Assembly (NCBI GenBank): GCA_035534315.1
Contig: DATLSD010000059.1
Location: forward strand, 5,369-69,368
DNA: 64,000 nucleotides
Direction: 5' to 3'
Origin: Elusimicrobiota bacterium
Lineage (GTDB): Bacteria; Elusimicrobiota; Elusimicrobia; UBA1565; UBA9628
The position numbers were made by a program, and so were the translations under genes. Under the pieces are notes generated by a model, which ran no database searches, was not told where the DNA came from, and worked only from the letters and a program-made list of their open reading frames with translations. This document shows positions 18,303 to 28,243 of the stretch, in pieces (the first letter of the stretch is position 1; every line of letters starts with the position of its first letter).

Positions 18303-19595
18303 TCAGGCGGGCTTGGGCGCGAACCTGGGCCAAAGCGCCTTCAAGGCGTAGCCGAGGCCCAGGATGGCCAGACTCCACCAGACTTGCTGGAGGCCGCCCT
18401 GGGCGCCCAGCCACAGCGTGGTCGCGACGCCGATGACGGGAATGGCGAGCCCGCCGGGCAGGCGCCAGCCCTTGCTCACGCGGTGCTCGTGGTGGCGGCG
18501 CAGGCGCAGAGCCGGCACGGCGACGCAGGTGGAGACGTATTGCGCGCAGACCACGATGTTGCTGAAGTCGACGAGCTTGTTGAAATTGAGGAACACCGTG
18601 AGCGTGAACACGGCCGCGGCATTGGCCAGGATTGCTACGTAGGGAGTCTGAAACTTCGAGTGAAGCTTGGCCAGGGAGGGGGGCAGGTGCCCGTCCTCGG
18701 CCAGCGAGAAAAGGTAGCGCGGGGTGACGATGGCCGAGCCGGCGTTGTAGCCGGCGGTGGAAAAAAGGGCGGCAACGACCATGATCACGGCCCAAATCGG
18801 GCCCAGCCCCGCGCCGGCAGCGTCGGCCAGCGGCTTGGTGGATCCGGCCAGATTCGCCGTCAAGCCCACGGCCGTCGCTTGCACGGCCATATAGAGCAGC
18901 GCCGCCAGAGACAGGGAAATGATGATGGCCAAGGGGATGTTCTTTTCCGGGTTCTTGGTTTCTCCGGCGGGCACCGGGATCGACTCGAAGCCTTGAAAGG
19001 CGAAGTAGGCCAGGAAGCAGGCTTGGCCCAAGGGCTTCCACCCGTGCGGCGCGAAGGGATGGTAGAACGCGGCCGTGATGTGCGGCAAGCCCAAGATCAC
19101 GAAGAGCCCCAGGGGGATGAGCTTGGCCGCGGTGAAGAAATCCGAAGTCCAGGCGCCCAGCTTCACGCCGCGGTAGTTGACGGCATAGAAGGCCGAGAGA
19201 ACGCAGATGGCGACGATTTTCGCGGCCCAAGCTCCGCTAAAGACCGGATTGAAGTGCCCTAAATAGGCGGCGATGCCGTTGGCCACGGCGGCTCCGCTGA
19301 AAATCTGGGTGATCCAGGACATCCAGCCGATGCCGTAGCCGACGCCGGGCCCGAAAGCCTCGCAGGCGTAGAGATAGCTGCCGCCGGTTTGCTGGAAATG
19401 GGACGACGCCTCGGCGTAGCAGAGCCCCACGCTGATGAGGAGAAGCCCGGTCAGGCCGAAGGACACAATGGAGGCGGGCCCCAGAAAGCCGACTAGAAGC
19501 CCGGGAAAAAGAAAGACCCCCGAGCCCACGATGGCGTTGATGCCGATGCAGGAGAGATCGAAGAGGTTTAAAGCGCGCTTGCCTTCCGAGTGCAT
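18303..19595 (-). CDS. APC-family amino acid permease
   Basis: The start was moved to ATG 19595 (MHSEGKRALNLFDLSCIGINAIVGSGVFLFPG, the consensus N-terminal APC motif). About 12 TM helices. The upstream 172 codons of the track ORF overlap the neighbouring gene and look non-protein-like. Confidence 0.85.
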   Translation of the reverse strand: MHSEGKRALNLFDLSCIGINAIVGSGVFLFPGLLVGFLGPASIVSFGLTGLLLISVGLCYAEASSHFQQTGGSYLYACEAFGPGVGYGIGWMSWITQIFSGAAVANGIAAYLGHFNPVFSGAWAAKIVAICVLSAFYAVNYRGVKLGAWTSDFFTAAKLIPLGLFVILGLPHITAAFYHPFAPHGWKPLGQACFLAYFAFQGFESIPVPAGETKNPEKNIPLAIIISLSLAALLYMAVQATAVGLTANLAGSTKPLADAAGAGLGPIWAVIMVVAALFSTAGYNAGSAIVTPRYLFSLAEDGHLPPSLAKLHSKFQTPYVAILANAAAVFTLTVFLNFNKLVDFSNIVVCAQYVSTCVAVPALRLRRHHEHRVSKGWRLPGGLAIPVIGVATTLWLGAQGGLQQVWWSLAILGLGYALKALWPRFAPKPA

Positions 19596-19600
19596 GCTTT

Positions 19601-20488
19601 TTAGTCTCCGGCCGCGGCCGAGCGAAGCATGGCGGCGGCGGTGTAGGTCACGACGGCGATGACCAGCCAGCGCAGGATTTTCAAGGGCAGAGACTTGACG
19701 ATGTAGGCCGCGATGAGCACGCCCGGGATGCCGCCCAGGGCCAGGGCCAGGGCCGTGCCCGGGCTGTAGCGCCTTTTTTGCATGAAGCGCGGGCTTGCCA
19801 CGGGCATCAAAAAGGCGCAGGAGCCCATCATGATGGGAAAAGCCGCCTGCGGGTTCATGCCCAAGAGGCTTACCAGCACCATGCAGGGGGCGTAGAGCCC
19901 GATGCCCAAAGTCATGAGCGCGCCCAGCACGAAGTTGCCGGCCAGGCCCAGGGCCAAGAGCGGTCCGGAAAGGTTTCGCGCCGCGCCGCCGGCGGGGAAA
20001 AGACCCAGGTTGGACATGAGGAAAAACGCCGCCGCGGCCAGAAGCGCCGCGCCCATGCCGATTTGAATTTTCCGCTTGGGCAGGGAGGCGACAACGCCGG
20101 CGCCCAGCCACGCGCCCAGAATCGAGGCCGCGATCATGAGAATCAAGGTCTTGGCGCCGACCTCCACCGCGGCCATGAAGGCGAAGGCTTCCAGGAAAGT
20201 CGGGATGGTGTCGCCGATGTTGAGCGTTCCCGGGATGAGTTCGTCGGGCACCAGACGAAAAATCTTGAAGAGGGAGGTCTGCTGGGCGTAGGAGCCGATG
20301 CCGAGCGTGTCGAAGAAGTTGGTGACGAAGCCGATGAGGAGTTCGATGCCGCCGGGGCGAAGGCGCCGGATGCTCCCGGCCTCGGGCGCCGGTTTTCTAG
20401 TCTTGAGCAGATCCGCGGCCCAGAGGGCGATAAAGCCCGCGGCGAAGAGGCCCAGCGTCGAGAGCAAAAAAAACCGCGCGCGGGCCAC
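19601..20488 (-). CDS. TauE/SafE (DUF81) family anion exporter
   Basis: Only the C-terminal 295 codons of the 830-aa track ORF are protein-like (repeated GxGxG-type TM motifs: FFDTLGIGSYA, ALMTLGIGLYAP). A putative GTG start at 20488 lies 12 nt after the stop of the upstream permease. Confidence 0.7.
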   Translation of the reverse strand: MARARFFLLSTLGLFAAGFIALWAADLLKTRKPAPEAGSIRRLRPGGIELLIGFVTNFFDTLGIGSYAQQTSLFKIFRLVPDELIPGTLNIGDTIPTFLEAFAFMAAVEVGAKTLILMIAASILGAWLGAGVVASLPKRKIQIGMGAALLAAAAFFLMSNLGLFPAGGAARNLSGPLLALGLAGNFVLGALMTLGIGLYAPCMVLVSLLGMNPQAAFPIMMGSCAFLMPVASPRFMQKRRYSPGTALALALGGIPGVLIAAYIVKSLPLKILRWLVIAVVTYTAAAMLRSAAAGD

Positions 20489-20499
20489 GGGGGACTGGA

Positions 20500-22032
20500 T
20501 TAGGCGACCGGTTCCGGCTTTTCTTCCTGATGCAGCGCCAACTTGCGGCGGTGCTGGGCCATGACGCTGTGGTGGCGCCCGTAGAACAGATAGATGACCA
20601 GGCCGATGATAAGCCAGACGATGAGGCGGATCCAGTTCTCGACGGGCAGGGAGAACATCAGCAGCAGGCAGAGCGCGATGCCTAGGATGGGGAAGAGCGG
20701 CACCATGGGACATCGAAAGGGCCGTTCCGCTTCGGGGTTGGTCTTGCGCATGATGAGCACGGCCGCGCAGACCATGACGAAGGCCAAAAGCGTGCCGATG
20801 TTGACCAGCTCCGCCAGGATGCGCAGGGGGATGAACGCGCCCAGGAGCGCGACCACGATGCCGGTCAGGATGGTCGATTTCCAAGGGGTCTTGAAGCGCT
20901 CGTGGATGGCGGCGAAGAACTTGGGCGGCATAAGGCCGTCGCGCGCCATGGCCAGGAAGATGCGGGGCTGGCTCAGCATCATGACCAGAAGCACCGAGGT
21001 GATTCCGGCCAGGGCCCCGAAGGAAACCAGGAACTGGGCCCAGGGCAAGCCCACTTGCAAAAACGCGTGGGAGATGGGGGCGTCGATGTTGATCTTGTTG
21101 TAAGGCACCATGCCGGTGATGACCGCGGTCACGGCGATGTAAAGGACGGTGCAGATGATGAGGGAGGCGATGATGCTGATGGGGACGTCTTTCTGCGGGT
21201 TTTTCGCCTCTTCCGAGTAGGCGGAGAGGGAGTCGAAGCCGATGTAGGCGAAGAAGATGACGGCGGCTCCCGCCAGCATGCCCAGCGGATCTCCTCCCGG
21301 GCTGGTTTTCCCGTAGATGGTCTTGCCGAAAAAGCTCAAGCCGCCGTAGCCGAAGGGCGCGAAGGGATGCCAGTTTTGCGGGTGGACGTAGAAGGCGCCG
21401 ACCGCGATGACGAAGAGCACGATGACGAGCTTGATGGCGACGATGACGGCGTTGACCGTCGCGCTCTCCTCGATGCCCACGACGAGGATGTAGGTCATGA
21501 CGGCCGCGATGACGATGGCCGGGAAGTCCATGACGGTGCCGGTGGCGAAAAGGTGTCCCGTGGCCGGATTGAAGTCGAACGGCGCGTCCCTCAATATATA
21601 AGGAATGTGGAGGCCGAACGAACTGATGAGATCCTGGAAATAGTGGGACCAGCCGTGCGCCACCGTGGCGGCCGCGACGGTGTACTCCAGAATGAGGTCC
21701 CAGCCGATGATCCAGGCGAAGAGCTCGCCCAGGGTCGCATAGGCGTAGGTGTAGGCCGATCCCGTGACCGGAACCATGGCCGCGAACTCCGCGTAGCAGA
21801 GCGCGGCGAACACGCAGGTGATGCCCGAGACGACGAAGGAAACAATGAGCGCGGGGCCGGCTTTGTCGTGCGCGGCCACGCCCGTCAGGACGAAGATGCC
21901 CGTGCCGATGATGGCGCCGATGCCCAGAGCCGTCAGACCAATGGGGCCCAAGGCGCGCTTTAAGCGATTCTCGCCCTCCATCTCCTCGAGGAGGAGCTTC
22001 AACGGTTTTTTGGCGAAGAAATCCTTGATCAC
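20500..22032 (-). CDS. APC-family amino acid permease (cationic amino acid transporter-like)
   Basis: 510-aa ORF with a GTG start. N-terminal motif LGPIGLTALGIGAIIGTGIFVLTG; 12-14 TM helices. Confidence 0.9.
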   Translation of the reverse strand: MIKDFFAKKPLKLLLEEMEGENRLKRALGPIGLTALGIGAIIGTGIFVLTGVAAHDKAGPALIVSFVVSGITCVFAALCYAEFAAMVPVTGSAYTYAYATLGELFAWIIGWDLILEYTVAAATVAHGWSHYFQDLISSFGLHIPYILRDAPFDFNPATGHLFATGTVMDFPAIVIAAVMTYILVVGIEESATVNAVIVAIKLVIVLFVIAVGAFYVHPQNWHPFAPFGYGGLSFFGKTIYGKTSPGGDPLGMLAGAAVIFFAYIGFDSLSAYSEEAKNPQKDVPISIIASLIICTVLYIAVTAVITGMVPYNKINIDAPISHAFLQVGLPWAQFLVSFGALAGITSVLLVMMLSQPRIFLAMARDGLMPPKFFAAIHERFKTPWKSTILTGIVVALLGAFIPLRILAELVNIGTLLAFVMVCAAVLIMRKTNPEAERPFRCPMVPLFPILGIALCLLLMFSLPVENWIRLIVWLIIGLVIYLFYGRHHSVMAQHRRKLALHQEEKPEPVA

Positions 22033-22135
22033 TCTTGTTCCCCTTGTGTTTAAAAACTTTTTTCATTATACCCAACGCGCGCCGGGAAATCAAAATAATA
22101 TTTTCGATTCAGCTCGTTTTTTCTATGATAGGCCG

Positions 22136-22567
22136 ATGGCTCCGCGCTGGCTCGATTTCAAGGAGAACATGTCCGATTACGCGCGTTACCACGCGCACCC
22201 GGGCAACCGCGCCTGCCACGCCGTGGGCATTCCGCTCATCATGCTGGCCGTGGTCCGCTGGACCCAGTGGCCTGGCTTCCCGTTTGTTCCGGGGGCGGCG
22301 GCGGTCCTTCCTTTATATTACTACTGGGACGCGGGTTTGGCGCTGGCCATGACCGCCGTGATCCTGGCCATGGCGGCGCTCGTCCCGCATCTGAGTTCGG
22401 CCGCCGTGTGGGGATCGTTTATCCTCGGCTGGGTGTTCCAGTTCGTCGGCCACGCGGTCTTCGAGAAAAAAAGCCCCGCCTTCACGCGCAACCTCGTCCA
22501 TCTGCTCGTGGGTCCGCTGTGGATTCTTCGGGAGACGACCGGCATCGGGCGCGGCTCCGCGCGGTAG
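22136..22567 (+). CDS. DUF962 (Mpo1-like) membrane protein
   Basis: The start was moved to ATG 22136 (MAPRWLDFKENMSDYARYHAHPGNRACHAVGIP). The HxxxxNxxxHxxGxP lead-in and four TM helices fit DUF962. TATGAT lies 6 nt upstream of the ATG. Confidence 0.7.
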   Translation: MAPRWLDFKENMSDYARYHAHPGNRACHAVGIPLIMLAVVRWTQWPGFPFVPGAAAVLPLYYYWDAGLALAMTAVILAMAALVPHLSSAAVWGSFILGWVFQFVGHAVFEKKSPAFTRNLVHLLVGPLWILRETTGIGRGSAR

Positions 22568-22591
22568 CTGAAAATATTTTTTCGCTCAGTG

Positions 22592-22620
22592 TTGACAAAG
22601 CGGAGTCGAAGTGTTAATCT
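22592..22620 (+). promoter_or_regulatory. sigma70-type promoter of the Rieske/cytochrome b operon
   Basis: TTGACA (22592-22597), 17-nt spacer, TAATCT (22615-22620). An AAGGA RBS follows 11 nt before ATG 22644. Confidence 0.5.
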
Positions 22621-22643
22621 ACTCCGCAAGGATTTCAACACCG

Positions 22644-23201
22644 ATGAGTGAGGATCAGTTAAAAACTTCCGCTTCCGCCAGCCCTGCCGTTTCCCCAGTT
22701 CCGCCGTCCCCAGCGAAAAAGCCGTCTTCCGGAATGAGCCGCGGCCAGTTTTTGCTGGCGGGCTACGGGGCCTTGGCCGCGTTCGGGGCGGTCCTCGCTG
22801 GATCCGCCGGGCGCTTTTTCTTTCCCAACGTCATCTACGAGCCTTCCGCCATCTTCAACGCGGGCCCCGTCAAGGATTTCGGTCAAGGCGTCTCCCTGAA
22901 ATGGATCAATAAGCTGGTCTGGGTCATTCGCACCTCCAAGGGCGTCTATGGCCTCATCGCGATTTGCCGCCACCTGGGCTGCAAGCCCAACTGGTTCCAG
23001 GACCAGCAGCTCTTCAAGTGCCCGTGCCACGGCTCGGTCTACACCAAGGAAGGTCTTATTATCGCGGGCCCGGCGCCGAGGAATTTGTGGCGGCCGCATC
23101 TCGAGATCACGACGACCGGCGATTTGATCGTGGACAAAAGCATCGTCCAGGACACGCCGCCCATGTACTACCAGCCGCCTTTCTTCTTGCCCCTCTCCTA
23201 G
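22644..23201 (+). CDS. Rieske [2Fe-2S] subunit of a cytochrome bc/b6f-type complex
   Basis: Rieske boxes CRHLGC and CPCHGS are present, with an N-terminal TM anchor. The start at ATG 22644 is supported by the promoter and RBS. Confidence 0.9.
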   Translation: MSEDQLKTSASASPAVSPVPPSPAKKPSSGMSRGQFLLAGYGALAAFGAVLAGSAGRFFFPNVIYEPSAIFNAGPVKDFGQGVSLKWINKLVWVIRTSKGVYGLIAICRHLGCKPNWFQDQQLFKCPCHGSVYTKEGLIIAGPAPRNLWRPHLEITTTGDLIVDKSIVQDTPPMYYQPPFFLPLS

Positions 23202-23209
23202 GCTTGCGA

Positions 23210-24865
23210 ATGCCAGATATCGAAGAACTGAAAAAAGAAGTCGTCAACTCGCAGATCTGGCGCAGCATTTTTCGCGGCGGCACTTGGAGCGACACGCCGC
23301 GGGACCGCGCCAACCACATGATCGGCAACGTGTGGATGCACATCCAGCCCGCGAAGGTCCGCAAGCGGGCGCTGGAGTGGACCTATACCTGGGGCTTGGG
23401 CGGCATCTCGTTTTTTCTCTTCCTGGTCCTGGTGCTCAGCGGCGTGCTCCTCATGTTCTACTACCGGCCCGTTCCCGGCCTGGCTTTCCGGGACATCAAG
23501 GACCTGACCTACGCCGTGACGCTGGGCAAGTTTCTGCGCAACGTCCACCGCTGGGCGGCCCAGGCCATGGTTCTTATCGTCATCCTGCACATGCTGCGCG
23601 TGTTCTTGACGGGCAGCTACAAGAGGCCCCGCGAGTTCAATTGGTGCGTGGGCGTCATTCTCCTCACCTTGACCCTGTTCTTGTCCTTCACCGGCTACCT
23701 GCTCCCGTGGGATCAATTGGCGCTTTGGGCCGTGACCGTGGGAACCAACATGGCCGGCGCGACGCCGTTCTTGGGCAACGCCGGGCCTTTTGGCGCGTCG
23801 CTGATGCACATGCAGATGAACAACGATATCCGCTTCGTGCTTTTGGGCGGCACCACGGTCGGCGCCAACACCTTGGTCCGCTTCTACGTGCTGCACTGCG
23901 TGGCGGTGCCGCTTTTGCTCGGGGTTCTCATCATCCTGCATTTCTGGCGCGTGAGAAAGGACGGGTTTTCCGCGGCTCCTTACGGGGAAGTGACCGAGCC
24001 CAAGCTCGACACGTGGCCCAACCTCATCAAGCGCGAATACATCGCCGCGGCGGCGTGCCTTTTAGTTCTGATGGTCTGGGCGCTGCTGGTCAACGCGCCC
24101 TTGGACGTCATCGCCAACCCGCACGCCACGCCCAACCCGGAAAAAGCTCCGTGGTACTTCGTGGGCCTGCAGGAGATGCTCTACTACTTTGATCCCTGGA
24201 TTGCCGGCGTCATGGTCCCTAACGTCATTATCGTGGGCTTGATGGCCATCCCGTTCATCGATCCGAGCCCGAAGGGCATCGGCCGCTACTCCTTCAAGGA
24301 GCGGCCCTTCGCGAACACCATGTTCCTGCTGGGCATCATCATGTGGTTCATCTTCATCTTCATGGGCGAGTTCTGCCGGGGCCCGAACTTCATGTGGTAT
24401 TGGCCGTGGCAGTCCTGGCTGCTGCAAAAGCCGGCGCCTCTGGCGACCTGGGATCTCTTCGGCCCGGCCGGGGTGGGGAAATACCCGACGATTTTGGGTC
24501 TGGCCTTGATCGGCGCGGCTTTTTCGGGCGTCGTGCTGCTGCCGAAGCTAATTAAGAAAAACTTGAGCCTCGTCAAGGCGACCTTGGGCTGCGCCGTCGG
24601 GTTTTCCCTCGTCGCGCTCATCCTGCGCTACGGCGCGCACGTGCCGCTAAGCCACGGCGCCTGGATCGTCTTCTTCGGAACGTTTATCTCTTTCTTCGGG
24701 GTCCTTATCCCCCAAAGGCACATCCGCCATTTGGACTGGGCCCGGTATCTGGTCACCATGATCCTCGTCGCCTGCACCATGGGCCTGCTGGTCAAGATTT
24801 GCGCGCGCTTGGCGTTCAACATCAAGTATCTGGTCACCATCCCCTCCGTGTTCTTGAACATATAG
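23210..24865 (+). CDS. cytochrome b (fused b6-like and subunit-IV-like domains plus extra C-terminal TM helices)
   Basis: The start was moved to ATG 23210 (MPDIEELKK). Heme-ligand His pairs are [15 protein letters not shown] and [16 protein letters not shown], the latter with 14 intervening residues as in b6. A Qo-site PEWY-type motif follows, here reading APWYF. Total length is 551 aa. Confidence 0.9.
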   Translation: MPDIEELKKEVVNSQIWRSIFRGGTWSDTPRDRANHMIGNVWMHIQPAKVRKRALEWTYTWGLGGISFFLFLVLVLSGVLLMFYYRPVPGLAFRDIKDLTYAVTLGKFLRNVHRWAAQAMVLIVILHMLRVFLTGSYKRPREFNWCVGVILLTLTLFLSFTGYLLPWDQLALWAVTVGTNMAGATPFLGNAGPFGASLMHMQMNNDIRFVLLGGTTVGANTLVRFYVLHCVAVPLLLGVLIILHFWRVRKDGFSAAPYGEVTEPKLDTWPNLIKREYIAAAACLLVLMVWALLVNAPLDVIANPHATPNPEKAPWYFVGLQEMLYYFDPWIAGVMVPNVIIVGLMAIPFIDPSPKGIGRYSFKERPFANTMFLLGIIMWFIFIFMGEFCRGPNFMWYWPWQSWLLQKPAPLATWDLFGPAGVGKYPTILGLALIGAAFSGVVLLPKLIKKNLSLVKATLGCAVGFSLVALILRYGAHVPLSHGAWIVFFGTFISFFGVLIPQRHIRHLDWARYLVTMILVACTMGLLVKICARLAFNIKYLVTIPSVFLNI

Positions 24866-24868
24866 CCC

Positions 24869-26284
24869 ATGTATAGAAAACTATTCGTCCTTTTTAACTT
24901 CGCCCTCGTGGCGGTTTTAGCTTATGCGATTTGGCGCAGCGCCCACCCGATGTGGAAGGTTTACCAGCGCACTTATTACAACATGGCCGCGGACGCGATG
25001 GAGAAGCAGGCCGCGACGATAAAGGATCCCGCCGCGGCGGCTAAGATGCGCGAGCAGGCCGAGGATCTCCGCAACACGCCTCTCAAGATCAAGCAGATTC
25101 TGACCGTTTTCGGCGGCGTGGACCGCTGCACCACGTGCCACGTGGCCATGGATGAATTCGTCAACCCGACCATGAAGAACGATTTCACGCAGCAGCCTTA
25201 CGCGGCCCACCCGCTGGTCGACGGCATTGATTTCAACAAGACCCACAATTTCCAAAAATACGGCTGCACCGTCTGCCACCAGGGCCAGGGCATGGCCACG
25301 ACCGCGAAGGACGCCCATGGCTTCGTGGACAACTGGCAAAAGCCCCTCTTGAAGGGCAAGTACATCCAGGCGGCCTGCGCGCGCTGCCACGCCAATTTCG
25401 AGCACGCCAAGGGAATGGAGTTCGTGGCCCTGGGCAAGAAGCTCTTCTACAAGCACGGTTGCCAGGGCTGCCACGCCATCGACGGCGTGGGTCAGACCGT
25501 CACCGTGGACCTGGGCGACATCGCCGATAAGCCGCTGGAGAGAATCGAGCCGTATAACTTCTCGCTTGTCCGCATCGACGGCAAGGCTCTGCCCAAGGAC
25601 CAGTGGACCCTGCAAAACTGGATTTTCGCCCATGTCGCCTCCGACCCTGAGTCCTTCGTGGTCAACGATCCGCTGGCCAAGTACAATCCGCAGCCCATCG
25701 CGCCCACCGGCATGGTCAATTGGACGGCCGACGACGCCTCCGGCCACCGGGAATTGAGCGAGCAAGACGCCGCGGCTATCACGACGTTCCTGCTTTCCTT
25801 GACGCACGAGCAGATTCCCTACCAGTACCACGTCGCGGGCATCGGCCCGATGCCCGATCCGGATCCGCATTTTGCCGATCCCGTCGCGCACGGCAAGTAC
25901 GTGTTCGAGAAATACGGCTGCGCCGCTTGCCACGGGCTCCTGGGCGCCAAAGGCCGGCGTAATTTCAACGCCCTGGGGCCCGGCCAGGTGTCCCTGGATC
26001 AATACGCCAAACTTTCCGACGCCCAGAAAATCGCGGAGATGGCCAAAGGCCGCGAGCCGACCTTGACCCAGGTGGTGGGCACTTACGATCATCAGGAATT
26101 GGTCAACAAGATATCCAACGGCGTGCCGGAGGCGGCCGTCGCGCGCTACAATCCCGATGGGCCGATGCCGCCTCTCTATATGCCGGCATGGAAGAAGCGC
26201 GGCTTGCAGGGCAAGGAGTTGGACGATTTGGCGACGTGGCTTTTGACCATCGGTCAAAGCAATCAGTCTCAGGGAGGATTCTAG
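24869..26284 (+). CDS. membrane-anchored pentaheme c-type cytochrome
   Basis: 471-aa ORF with an N-terminal TM helix and five CxxCH motifs (CTTCH, CTVCH, CARCH, CQGCH, CAACH). Confidence 0.85.
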   Translation: MYRKLFVLFNFALVAVLAYAIWRSAHPMWKVYQRTYYNMAADAMEKQAATIKDPAAAAKMREQAEDLRNTPLKIKQILTVFGGVDRCTTCHVAMDEFVNPTMKNDFTQQPYAAHPLVDGIDFNKTHNFQKYGCTVCHQGQGMATTAKDAHGFVDNWQKPLLKGKYIQAACARCHANFEHAKGMEFVALGKKLFYKHGCQGCHAIDGVGQTVTVDLGDIADKPLERIEPYNFSLVRIDGKALPKDQWTLQNWIFAHVASDPESFVVNDPLAKYNPQPIAPTGMVNWTADDASGHRELSEQDAAAITTFLLSLTHEQIPYQYHVAGIGPMPDPDPHFADPVAHGKYVFEKYGCAACHGLLGAKGRRNFNALGPGQVSLDQYAKLSDAQKIAEMAKGREPTLTQVVGTYDHQELVNKISNGVPEAAVARYNPDGPMPPLYMPAWKKRGLQGKELDDLATWLLTIGQSNQSQGGF

Positions 26285-26286
26285 TC

Positions 26287-27000
26287 ATGCGGAACTATTT
26301 CAAGTATTTAGGCTTGGCGTTGGGCATCGTGGTCGCGTTCGGCCTGATGGCCCTGGTCAACACGGTTTCCGCGTCGGCCGCCGGCAAGAGCGCGGCCGAG
26401 CTTCAGCGCGAGCAGGCGCTGGCCAACCCCTATCCCAATGATTTGGGCCCGGAGCGCCTGGACGCCGCGACGATGAAGGCCTATCCGGCCAAGTTCTTCG
26501 TAGGCCTTTCCGCAGCGGAAAAGCTCATGGCCAAGGACGATCACACGGGCGCGCTTCCTGCCGACACCGGCGGCTACGCCCTCATGCTGGTGCGCTGCTC
26601 GACGTGCCACAGCGCGGCGCGGCCCTTGAACAGCCGCTTCGTCGAAGTGCCCGGCGAGGGCAAGCCCGGCACGCCGGCCTACATCGCCTCGGCGGCGGAC
26701 GCGATGAAGAAGCTCAAGGCCGAGCATCCCGAGTACTTCGCCGCGGAGAACTCCGGAGTCTGGCAGATCGGGGATCACATCTGGAGCCGCTACGTGCACC
26801 GCATGATGAACAAGCCCGGTTGCCCGGTCAACGGCGTCGAAGGCAAGAAGATTTGGGAGTTCCTGGTCTATGACGGCATGCACCGCAAGGTGGGCGCCGG
26901 CTCCACGGCTTGGAAGGCCCATCAAGAAAAGCTCATCGACGAGTTTAAGGCCAAGTATCCCAAGCGCTACACGGTGCTTAAGCAGGAAGACGACCTTTAG
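26287..27000 (+). CDS. membrane-anchored or secreted monoheme c-type cytochrome-like protein
   Basis: The start was moved to ATG 26287 (MRNYFKYLGLALGIVVAFGLMALV). A single CSTCH motif is present. It starts 3 nt after the stop of the pentaheme gene. Confidence 0.7.
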   Translation: MRNYFKYLGLALGIVVAFGLMALVNTVSASAAGKSAAELQREQALANPYPNDLGPERLDAATMKAYPAKFFVGLSAAEKLMAKDDHTGALPADTGGYALMLVRCSTCHSAARPLNSRFVEVPGEGKPGTPAYIASAADAMKKLKAEHPEYFAAENSGVWQIGDHIWSRYVHRMMNKPGCPVNGVEGKKIWEFLVYDGMHRKVGAGSTAWKAHQEKLIDEFKAKYPKRYTVLKQEDDL

Positions 27001-27070
27001 TCTCCGTCTTCTTTCCGCGACCGCCGAAAAAATCTAGAAGCCGGGAGCGGGCTTAGGCTCCGCCCGAACT

Positions 27071-28243
27071 ATGCGCGTCGCCGTCGTCTACGGACGAATC
27101 CCTTCCGGCCATGCCTCCGCCGCCCAAGCGTTGGAGAGCCATCTGCGCGCGCGCGGCTGCGAGTGCGTCCCGGTCAGCGCCGCCTCGGACATAAACCCGG
27201 TCCTGGGTCCATTCCTGGACAAGCTTTACGTTTGCGTTCTGGAGTCCTGCCCCTGGCTGTGGCGAGCGATCTACGATCGCCGGGCGGTTTCGGGCGCCGC
27301 GGGAATTTTCCAGAGCCTTTATTGGCGGTTTTGCGCTCCCCAAGTTCTTGGGGCGATTGAGAAGATCGAGCCGGACGTCATCGTCTGCACCCACGCCGCG
27401 CCGCTTGCGGTCCTGGCGCTGGGCAAGGCGCGGGGTTTGGTGCGGCCCAAACTCGTCGCCTGCCCCACGGATTACGACGTCCATTCCTTCTGGATGTCCC
27501 CGAAGGTTGATTTGTATTTGGCGCCGTCGGCTTTCGCGGCCGGACGCTTGGCCGAGGCCGGCATCGAGCGCGCGCGCATCGTCGAAACCGGCATCCCGAT
27601 TGACGAGGTCTTCGCGACCCCTCTGGATAAGACTCAGGCGCGGCGCGGCCTAGGCTTGCGGGCCCAGGGTCCGGTCCTTCTTCTTTCGGGCGGCAGCCGC
27701 GGCCTGGGCGGCATCGCCCAAGCCGCGGAGGTGCTGCTCAAGGGATGCCCTCGGGCCCAGGTCGCGGTATTGTGCGGGGAAAACAAGAGGCTGTGGTCCC
27801 GCCTCGACGCCGCGGCGAAGTCCGAGCCGAGGCTTAGAGCTTATTTGCGGGCGGACAAGAATTTGGTCAGACGGCTCATGGCCGCGGCCGACGCGCTCAT
27901 AGGAAAAGCGGGAGGTGTGACGCTCGCGGAGGCCTCGGCCGCCGGAGTGCCCGTGGTTTTTTGGGGGGCGCTGCCGGGCCAGGAGGAAAGAAACGCGCGC
28001 CGTTGGCTCGGCGCCGGAGCCGCGCGGGAAGCCCGCTCGGCGGCGGATCTTCTCCGAAGTATTTCCATCCTGATTTCCGACCGCGCCGAAGCGGCCGCTC
28101 TCATTGAGAACGCCGAGGCCTTGAGCCGCCCGGCCGCGGGGTGGGCGGCGGCCGACGCCGTGCTCGGCCTGGGGACGCTGCGGGCGCGCCTTGCCCCGCC
28201 GCTGGCGTCAGCGGCGGGCGAATGCCCGTCGGGCGCGCTTTAG
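27071..28243 (+). CDS. GT28-family glycosyltransferase (MGDG synthase / diacylglycerol glycosyltransferase-like)
   Basis: 390-aa ORF. The N-terminal MGDG-synthase-like region (VVYGRIPSGHASAAQAL) and the C-terminal GT-B nucleotide-sugar domain (GKAGGVTLAEASAAGVP) are both present. Confidence 0.75.
   Translation: MRVAVVYGRIPSGHASAAQALESHLRARGCECVPVSAASDINPVLGPFLDKLYVCVLESCPWLWRAIYDRRAVSGAAGIFQSLYWRFCAPQVLGAIEKIEPDVIVCTHAAPLAVLALGKARGLVRPKLVACPTDYDVHSFWMSPKVDLYLAPSAFAAGRLAEAGIERARIVETGIPIDEVFATPLDKTQARRGLGLRAQGPVLLLSGGSRGLGGIAQAAEVLLKGCPRAQVAVLCGENKRLWSRLDAAAKSEPRLRAYLRADKNLVRRLMAAADALIGKAGGVTLAEASAAGVPVVFWGALPGQEERNARRWLGAGAAREARSAADLLRSISILISDRAEAAALIENAEALSRPAAGWAAADAVLGLGTLRARLAPPLASAAGECPSGAL

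Noticed and set aside
17952-19262. 436-aa plus-strand ORF spanning the shc start and the permease gene
   Set aside because: It crosses an intergenic region and lies antisense to two supported genes. The composition is low-complexity Gly/Arg/Asp.
20489-22093. N-terminal ~535 codons of the 830-aa ORF 19601..22093
   Set aside because: This is an alternate frame over the 20500..22032 permease gene and is Arg/His/Pro/Gly-rich nonsense. Only the C-terminal 295 codons (TauE/SafE) are protein-like.
24917-26257. 446-aa minus-strand ORF
   Set aside because: It lies antisense to the pentaheme cytochrome c gene, whose five CxxCH motifs establish the coding strand.
28208-28243. 36-nt convergent overlap of the GT28 and CbiX-like genes considered as significant
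   Set aside because: The 3' end of either ORF may simply run on in GC-rich sequence. No structure or motif is evident, so the evidence is too weak to report.
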